Assembly (NCBI GenBank): GCA_050950765.1
Contig: JBMNIF010000003.1
Span: 576,001 to 640,000 of the forward strand
Direction: 5' to 3'
DNA: 64,000 nucleotides
Origin: Bdellovibrionota bacterium
GTDB taxonomy: Bacteria; Bdellovibrionota_C; UBA2361; JAAYZI01
Part shown: one piece after another, positions 57,653-64,000 of the stretch
How the letters are laid out: every line of letters begins with the position of its first letter
Numbering within the stretch: position 1 is the stretch's first letter
The notes under the pieces: model-generated
Databases searched by the model: none
Seen by the model: only the letters and a program-made list of their open reading frames with translations
Told to the model about the DNA's origin: nothing
Position numbers and translations under genes: made by a program

Positions 57653-59104
57653 ATGGTCTTTAGTTCATTTTTATTTATCTTCTGTTTTTTACCGTTATGC
57701 TTGGCAAGTTATCTTTTAACTCCGAAGCGCTATAAGAACATTACGCTACTTATCTGGAGTTTATTATTCTACGCATGGGGCACATGGAGTTTCTTCCCTG
57801 TTTTTATAGGTGGTTGCGCCGTTGATTTCTTAATCGCCCACCTCATTACAAGATCTAAAACGGCACGCGCAAGACACCTCTGGGTAACCCTCTCCGTCGT
57901 TCTTAATCTTGGAATTCTTTTTTATTACAAGTATGCAAATTTTTTCATACATGAAGTAAATGCTCTACTCTCTTCTTTCGGGGTCGCACCGGCGGAGTGG
58001 CACGCCGTTATCCTCCCTATCGGCATCTCATTTATCACCTTTCAGAGGATTAGTTACGTCATTGATGTTTATCGAGACACCGTAGCACCGGCTCGCAATT
58101 TTTTTGATTACCTCCTATACATCGCATTTTTCCCGCAACTTATCGCAGGTCCTATCATACGTTACCATGATATCGCACAACAACTTATTAGTAGAGAGCA
58201 CTCTATTGAAAACGTCTGGCAAGGTCTAAGCCGTTTTTGCATTGGACTTGCTAAAAAAGTTCTCCTTGCTGATGTACTCGGTAACATCACAGCGAACGTC
58301 GATAAACTTGGCCCTGACACCATTACACTCGGTTATGCTTGGCTTGGTGTGATCTGTTATGGATTCCAACTCTACTTTGACTTCTCAGGCTATTCCGATA
58401 TGGCGATCGGATTGGGAAGAATTTTTGGATTTAAATTTTTAGAGAACTTTGACAGACCCTATACCTCTCAAACCTTTAGCGAGTTTTGGCGCAGATGGCA
58501 TATCTCCCTCTCACGCGTCATGCGTGACTACCTATATATCCCGCTGGGAGGTAACCGCGTTGGTCCCATCCGTTCTATTAGAAATCTCTGGATCGTTTTC
58601 TTACTCTCTGGGTTTTGGCATGGCGCAAATTGGACTTTTATCTTTTTCGGTGCTTACCACGGTCTATTTTTAACGTTAGATAAGTTTGGCTGGGGCAATT
58701 ACTCAAAACAGATCGCAACAAAGAGGTTTGGACGCACTTTTAATATCTTTCTAACGTTCTTTTTCGTCCAGATCGGTTGGGTCTTTTTTAAAAGTAAGAG
58801 CATCGCTGCTGCTTGGACATACTTAGGTTATATGTTCAATCCACGCTACCTCAAGGCTGAAGTTTTTACACTACCGAGTGATATTATACACAACGCAGGA
58901 ATGTTTGTTTTTATCCTGTCAGTAACTATCTTTCTTTTACAACTTTGCCCTGAATACGATAATTTCTTAGCAAAGGTAAAGTCTCTTTTCCGCATAGTTC
59001 CTCTGCCTTTGCTCCGTTTTATCAGTTGTGCTGTTACGATCATCCTTTGCGGCGTAGTTTTATCAGCAACACGCTTTACCCCATTTATTTATTTTCAATT
59101 TTAA
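57653..59104 (+). CDS. algI: MBOAT O-acyltransferase, AlgI/PatA type
   Basis: MVFSSFLF, LPIGISF, FFPQLIAGPI, DFSGYSDMAIG, FWRRWHISLS, GFWHGANWTF. Confidence 0.93.
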   Translation: MVFSSFLFIFCFLPLCLASYLLTPKRYKNITLLIWSLLFYAWGTWSFFPVFIGGCAVDFLIAHLITRSKTARARHLWVTLSVVLNLGILFYYKYANFFIHEVNALLSSFGVAPAEWHAVILPIGISFITFQRISYVIDVYRDTVAPARNFFDYLLYIAFFPQLIAGPIIRYHDIAQQLISREHSIENVWQGLSRFCIGLAKKVLLADVLGNITANVDKLGPDTITLGYAWLGVICYGFQLYFDFSGYSDMAIGLGRIFGFKFLENFDRPYTSQTFSEFWRRWHISLSRVMRDYLYIPLGGNRVGPIRSIRNLWIVFLLSGFWHGANWTFIFFGAYHGLFLTLDKFGWGNYSKQIATKRFGRTFNIFLTFFFVQIGWVFFKSKSIAAAWTYLGYMFNPRYLKAEVFTLPSDIIHNAGMFVFILSVTIFLLQLCPEYDNFLAKVKSLFRIVPLPLLRFISCAVTIILCGVVLSATRFTPFIYFQF

Positions 59105-59107
59105 AGG

Positions 59108-60520
59108 GTGGAATATATGTCAAAAGAGAAACGATCTATTTCATCCGCAACGAAACGTAAAATTAACCTCCTCTTATTGGGGCTATTATACCTAATCTTA
59201 ATTATCCCCCTTTCTCAAACGAATTGGTACACGACCCTTTATGCTTTCAGTCCGAAGCTAACGACCTCTTTAGCAAACCTCTTCAAATCCGATCTAAATT
59301 GGAGCGTTGTGAAAAAGAATCCGCCACAAGGAGTTGCACCCGCTAAACAACCTTTACGCCTCAACAACAGAAATTTTAAAGACGGCTCCTTCCAAAGAAG
59401 TTTTGAGGACTATTTTATGCGTGGTAATCCCCTCTGGGGTTGGCTGGTACGAACGTGCAATCAGATCGCTTTTAGCGTCTTTAATCAAGTAACTTTCAAT
59501 TACGGCGCCCCTGCTTTTATCGGTAAAGATGGTCAACTGTTACAAGCTATGTATCTTAACGCTTTTAATCGTAGGAGATCTCTACCTGAAAAAGTTTACC
59601 TAAAAAAGGTAAGAAAGATTAAGCGCTTGCGAAAGCTGCTAGCAGAGCGCGGCATTACACTACTTATAACAGTCAGTCCGAATGCTGTTGAACTTTATCC
59701 TGAACTCCTTCCTTCTAGTTATATCGACCCCAGTAGGCTTTCAAGGAAAAACAGTTACGATATTATGCGCCCTGCTATTGAGGCAGAAGGGATAGATATC
59801 GTTGACTCTTATCAGATCTTACTAGGGATGCGAGATCATTTTCCTTTTAGATTTTTCGGAAAAGGGAGTGCTCATTGGAATAACGTTGCCTCCTGTATCG
59901 CAACAAACAACATCATCTCTAAGATCTCTACCTTAACAAAAAAAGAGCTTAAGAACTTCCCGTGCTCCCCCTTCACCTATCACGAACCGATAGGTGATGA
60001 TGATGACCTTTTAAAGATAGCCAATATCCTCTTTCCTAAGCGTTATACCGAAATGATGCCCTACGCCCCTAAGGCGGAACAGTTATATCAAACTCCACCT
60101 ATCAGACTTCTAATCGTCGGAACCAGTTTTAATTTTGCGCTACTCGATCATATCAATAAACGAAACCTTGCTGATACTAAGTTTTTCTTTTACTACAAAT
60201 CTGTTTATACAAAGCAGCTCCGCGGCTCTCCCTTAAACAAAGCAAAGATCGATTGGGAAAACGATATCTTTAAAAACGATGTGATTATCTTGGAAAGTAA
60301 TTACTCAGGACTCGGTGCAATCGGTTATGATTTTCTTGATGATGCTATCCGTAAGTTAAGATACGCTAAACTTACACCAGCCCAAAAAGAAGCTCTCAAA
60401 TTAAAAAAGCAAAAACAGGCAGAAAGACTAAGAAAAAAGCGCGCTCTCCAGCCAAAAGCTGAAACTCTCAAAAAAGATTCCACAGATTCTGAGTTTGACC
60501 CTTTTAAAGAACAGGGATAA
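59108..60520 (+). CDS. AlgJ/AlgX-type SGNH O-acetyltransferase
   Basis: N-terminal TM, FIGKDGQL, HWN catalytic His motif, IVGTSF; directly follows algI. Confidence 0.75.
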   Translation: MEYMSKEKRSISSATKRKINLLLLGLLYLILIIPLSQTNWYTTLYAFSPKLTTSLANLFKSDLNWSVVKKNPPQGVAPAKQPLRLNNRNFKDGSFQRSFEDYFMRGNPLWGWLVRTCNQIAFSVFNQVTFNYGAPAFIGKDGQLLQAMYLNAFNRRRSLPEKVYLKKVRKIKRLRKLLAERGITLLITVSPNAVELYPELLPSSYIDPSRLSRKNSYDIMRPAIEAEGIDIVDSYQILLGMRDHFPFRFFGKGSAHWNNVASCIATNNIISKISTLTKKELKNFPCSPFTYHEPIGDDDDLLKIANILFPKRYTEMMPYAPKAEQLYQTPPIRLLIVGTSFNFALLDHINKRNLADTKFFFYYKSVYTKQLRGSPLNKAKIDWENDIFKNDVIILESNYSGLGAIGYDFLDDAIRKLRYAKLTPAQKEALKLKKQKQAERLRKKRALQPKAETLKKDSTDSEFDPFKEQG

Positions 60521-60596
60521 AGTGTCTCACGTCGTTTTCAGGTATTACTATAAGTAAAGTTATGTTATAGCCACACAACAAAAGGTAATCGATCTT

Positions 60597-62189
60597 ATGT
60601 TCAAAAAAGCGCTATTACACCCCTTGAAAACACTCTCTTCCTATGATCTATATCTGAAACTTGCCTACACACTTTTAATTGCTTTTATCGTTTCAAGCAC
60701 TGTCTTAGCTGTATACCTTCCCCCTTTTCAAGGTCCTGACGAATGGGCACATTGGGAAAATGCCTTACGACTTAACGCAACAAAAGAGAGAAAATGCTCT
60801 TTCGCTGCCTCCTTATCAAGTTTCTTTAGAGCAAGTACGTTGCGTTTTAATCCCGAACAGAAAATTATCACTGGTCTCTATGCTCAACTGGATTCAATGG
60901 AAAAAAATTGCAACTATCTGGATGGCGTAAAGATAGATTACGCCACAGCTTGGACCTATCCCTCCGTAAAAATAGTTTCCAGCATTATCAAAGGAGAGCA
61001 CCGCAAGCCACGAAAAGCCTTACTCTTCTATCTTATGAGTCGCATCACCTCATCTCTGTTAATATCTATTACGTTGTTTAGGTTTATATACCTCTGCACA
61101 ACGTACCGCTCCCTTCCCGTTCCTGGAGTATTATCCATTTTAACGCTGTCAATCTCTCCGATATTTTTACAACAATCAGCCATCATAACTGCTGATCTCC
61201 CTCTAACGATTTTTTCATTAAGTCTATTAACTTTCTTCCTTTTTTGGGGGAAACTATCTTGGTTTGATGTTATTATCTTCTTCTGCTCTGCACTCGGTGC
61301 CGCATCAAAACCGACTATTTTACCTGTTGCCGTAACCCTCTTATTTATTAAGGTCGCTTTTTCTCCTCAAAACGGATTTAGCTTAAATCCGAAAAAATGG
61401 TGTTTCCCACGTTGGAATTCTCCAGAAGGTTGCGCCTTCCTTGTAGTATTTCTTCACTGTGTCTACGCCATTATAATTGTCTTACGCACATCAGCAGGAG
61501 CTCCCGCTTCCTCTCCTGAATGGGCAAACCCAACACAACAACTTGCATATGTTACCTCCAATCCATGGGGAGTTTTTAAAATTTTAAATAAATCTCTTTA
61601 CAATACTTTTGAACCTAACGAATTGGCAAACACTCTTGGCTGGGTGGATACGAAAATAACTTTCCCCAAATTATGGAGTAATTTATTTTACATCGCTTTA
61701 ATAATCGATCTTATTTTCGCTATTACCTTAGGCATAAAGCGCTACATAAAAACAAAAAATCTCTTTTGGGGAGGTAAATTATTTCATAGTATTCTAAAAA
61801 TCGATCCGATTTTTGCAATTACTTCAAGCATAAAACAATACATAAAAATAAGAAATCTCCCTGCTTATATAAGCCAAAACGTTCTGCTACTTTTAGCTGT
61901 CTACACCATGTTGATCTTATCTGCACTATCAATTTATATAACATGGAATCCACTTAGAGCTGATTTTGTTGCAGGATTTCAGCAACGTTATTTTTTACCA
62001 CCACTTTTAATAGGTATTATTGTTATCTTTGATCTTATCTCTCTCAATAGAACCGTTACAATAAAAGAAGGTAGGCTAAAGGCAAGTTGCTCCTCCGTGT
62101 GTTCGTGGATATTAGTTTCGAGCCTTACCATCTATCTCGTTTACCAGTCAGCATCACTCTTAATTGATTTAGCGAAGAGGTATTATTAA
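60597..62189 (+). CDS. DUF2142-like polytopic membrane protein (probable GT-C)
   Basis: PPFQGPDEWAH N-terminal loop, LGWVDT, GFQQRYFLP, many TM helices. Confidence 0.75.
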   Translation: MFKKALLHPLKTLSSYDLYLKLAYTLLIAFIVSSTVLAVYLPPFQGPDEWAHWENALRLNATKERKCSFAASLSSFFRASTLRFNPEQKIITGLYAQLDSMEKNCNYLDGVKIDYATAWTYPSVKIVSSIIKGEHRKPRKALLFYLMSRITSSLLISITLFRFIYLCTTYRSLPVPGVLSILTLSISPIFLQQSAIITADLPLTIFSLSLLTFFLFWGKLSWFDVIIFFCSALGAASKPTILPVAVTLLFIKVAFSPQNGFSLNPKKWCFPRWNSPEGCAFLVVFLHCVYAIIIVLRTSAGAPASSPEWANPTQQLAYVTSNPWGVFKILNKSLYNTFEPNELANTLGWVDTKITFPKLWSNLFYIALIIDLIFAITLGIKRYIKTKNLFWGGKLFHSILKIDPIFAITSSIKQYIKIRNLPAYISQNVLLLLAVYTMLILSALSIYITWNPLRADFVAGFQQRYFLPPLLIGIIVIFDLISLNRTVTIKEGRLKASCSSVCSWILVSSLTIYLVYQSASLLIDLAKRYY

Positions 62190-62231
62190 CTCCGTTTAAA
62201 TTTAAAGAAGGAACCCTTTAAAGATTAAAGA

Positions 62232-63188
62232 TCACTTTAAGATCTTAACAAGTGGCTCCTCAGGAATGTTCTGCATATCAAACAACACGGCTGCTAAGAG
62301 TAGTTGAAAACCAAAGATCATCATGATCGCTGCCAACATCACTGTCCCCGTAGGAGAAGGAATACCTCTCGACATCCCTAAGCACCAATGATACAGCGCA
62401 TAAATAAACCCAAAACCGAAGAGGACACTGCCTAATATAATTTCAAGAGAGCAAACTCCGAAGCCGCGTAAAAAATAGGTATAAAAAATCCGTTTTATAA
62501 AGCATCTTAAATATTGCAACGGAAAAGTTACTAAACTTTGAAAGACATTAAGATTACTCGTTTCATCTTTATAAACGGCATCCATCGGCACCTCTCGCAC
62601 CACAGCTCTGATAGTGTTAAGACGGAACAAGAGATCGCTTTCAAAAAAGAATCGCTTATTGATTTTTTCCAACGGTAGAAATTTCAACACTGCCGCATCA
62701 ATAGCGATATAACCGTTTGTCGGATCCATTAGATTCCAATAACCACTCGCTGCTTTACTAATAAAGGAAAGCCCAGCATTACCGATCAATCTAACTAATG
62801 GCATCTCCTTTAGTGACTCAAGATGAAAAAAGCGGTTTCCTTTAACATAATCGGCGCTACCACTTAAAAGTGGTGCAATTAAAGTCGGAATTAGTTTAGG
62901 ATTCATCTGCCCATCACCATCCAGCTTTATAACAATATCTACCTCATCTTCTAAGGCTTTTTTAAAACCGGTAATAGTGGCTCCGCCGACACCACTGTTT
63001 TCAGGATTAAACAGAACCTCCACCCGTTTATCTTTACAATTTGCTTTAACGAACTCTCCTGATCTTTCAGGACAGGCATCATCAACTACATAAATTTTAG
63101 AAACTTCCTCTCCGATCTCTGAGATTACCGACAAAATACTCTTCTTCACTTTGTATGATGGGATAACAACAGCTACTTTTTTATTCAT
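62232..63188 (-). CDS. GT2 glycosyltransferase (polyprenol-phosphate glycosyltransferase type) with C-terminal TMs
   Basis: VVIPSY, VDDAC, DGDGQM, KGNRF, two C-terminal TM helices. Start set at ATG 63188. Confidence 0.9.
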   Translation of the reverse strand: MNKKVAVVIPSYKVKKSILSVISEIGEEVSKIYVVDDACPERSGEFVKANCKDKRVEVLFNPENSGVGGATITGFKKALEDEVDIVIKLDGDGQMNPKLIPTLIAPLLSGSADYVKGNRFFHLESLKEMPLVRLIGNAGLSFISKAASGYWNLMDPTNGYIAIDAAVLKFLPLEKINKRFFFESDLLFRLNTIRAVVREVPMDAVYKDETSNLNVFQSLVTFPLQYLRCFIKRIFYTYFLRGFGVCSLEIILGSVLFGFGFIYALYHWCLGMSRGIPSPTGTVMLAAIMMIFGFQLLLAAVLFDMQNIPEEPLVKILK

Positions 63189-63439
63189 TAGATCTCCACA
63201 GAATAGACGTGGGAGAGAAAGCCCTCTCAAATAAATCGGGAATGACTATAATACAATCATAAAGATTCCTTCAAGAAAACATTTTTTAACTATGTTTTAA
63301 GATATGCAAAAATTCATTCTTAACGGTGAATTTAAGCCATCCTCTTCAAAATGGTTTTCCTTTGTTAAGGTATGTGATTTTTTTAGTAGTTATGCTATGA
63401 CTGCCATATTATTGAAAACACTACTATACAAAAGATAAA

Positions 63440-64000
63440 ATGAATATAAAAACACTATTAAAAAAGATAACTCTCCTGAATATAAAAAAGACTCTTCTAA
63501 CACTACGTTATGAAGGCGTTTGTATGACACTCTATAAGATCCAAGCCTACCTGAGCGGAAGAGATCTGTCATATATCAAACCTATTGCAGCAAATTATAA
63601 TACTTGGATTGAACAGAACGAGCCGACCCCTTCAGAGCTGGAAAAACAAAGAAAGGAAAGCTTTAAATACTCCCCCAAATTGAGCGTCGTTGTGCCGATG
63701 TACAATACTGATAAAAAGTTTCTTGACGCTTTAGTCACATCCCTTATCGAACAAACATATAGCAATTGGGAGTTATGCTTAGCAGATGGCAGCCCTCAAC
63801 AAAATCCTGCTTTGCAAGATGTTTATAAACAAGACCCTCGTATCAAATACCACTTTATCGGGGAGAATAAAGGCATCTCTGGCAATACCAACGAAGCGAT
63901 AAAGATGTCCACAGGTGATTTTATTGGACTCCTTGATCATGATGATACGTTACCACCATTTTCATTATATGAAGTAGTAAAATGTATTAACGAAAATCCG
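63440..64000 (+). CDS. GT2 glycosyltransferase, 3'-truncated by the window edge (absent from the ORF track)
   Basis: Own translation: ...SVVVPMYNT...QTYSNWELCLADGS...NKGISGNTNEAI...GDFIGLLDHDDTL; no stop before the window end. Confidence 0.9.
   Translation, partial: MNIKTLLKKITLLNIKKTLLTLRYEGVCMTLYKIQAYLSGRDLSYIKPIAANYNTWIEQNEPTPSELEKQRKESFKYSPKLSVVVPMYNTDKKFLDALVTSLIEQTYSNWELCLADGSPQQNPALQDVYKQDPRIKYHFIGENKGISGNTNEAIKMSTGDFIGLLDHDDTLPPFSLYEVVKCINENP

Noticed and set aside
2239..63572. Numerous short ORFs nested antisense or out of frame within larger genes
   Set aside because: They overlap well-supported genes and show no recognisable motifs.

Overview
Bacterial chromosomal window of roughly 39% GC by eye, standard genetic code. 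The gene content (Tad genes, Ser/Thr kinases, an SctV-like protein, a sigma54 site) suggests a diderm deltaproteobacterial/Bdellovibrionota-like organism, but this is inference only. Ordinary content: recD2 (5'-truncated), a dsbD-like gene, two hsp20 genes, a lytic transglycosylase, a hybrid histidine kinase, grpE-dnaK-dnaJ, recO, yggU/yggT, tRNA-Leu(UAG), a lone nuoG, menG/ubiE, four minor type IV pilins, an adenosine deaminase-like gene, and algI/algJ-type and glycosyltransferase genes. The main candidate for an undescribed system is a co-oriented 11-gene cluster (25265-40592, minus strand). It joins a PP2C phosphatase / FHA-like protein / Ser-Thr kinase module, a Tad inner-membrane machine (cpaE, two cpaB, tadA, tadB, tadC), a lone type III export gate (SctV-like) and a membrane pseudokinase. 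A divergent sigma54-driven orphan gene sits next to it. Other notable non-coding or odd features: a 1.35 kb mosaic repeat array built on a GGGTGGCACC hairpin anchor, with related copies at two other loci that bracket a GATC-free orphan gene; a 152-bp triplication of the dnaJ 3' end plus terminator; a shared heat-shock promoter motif; and a 412-codon frame interrupted by a single TGA. All assignments come from motif reading by eye; no database searches were run.
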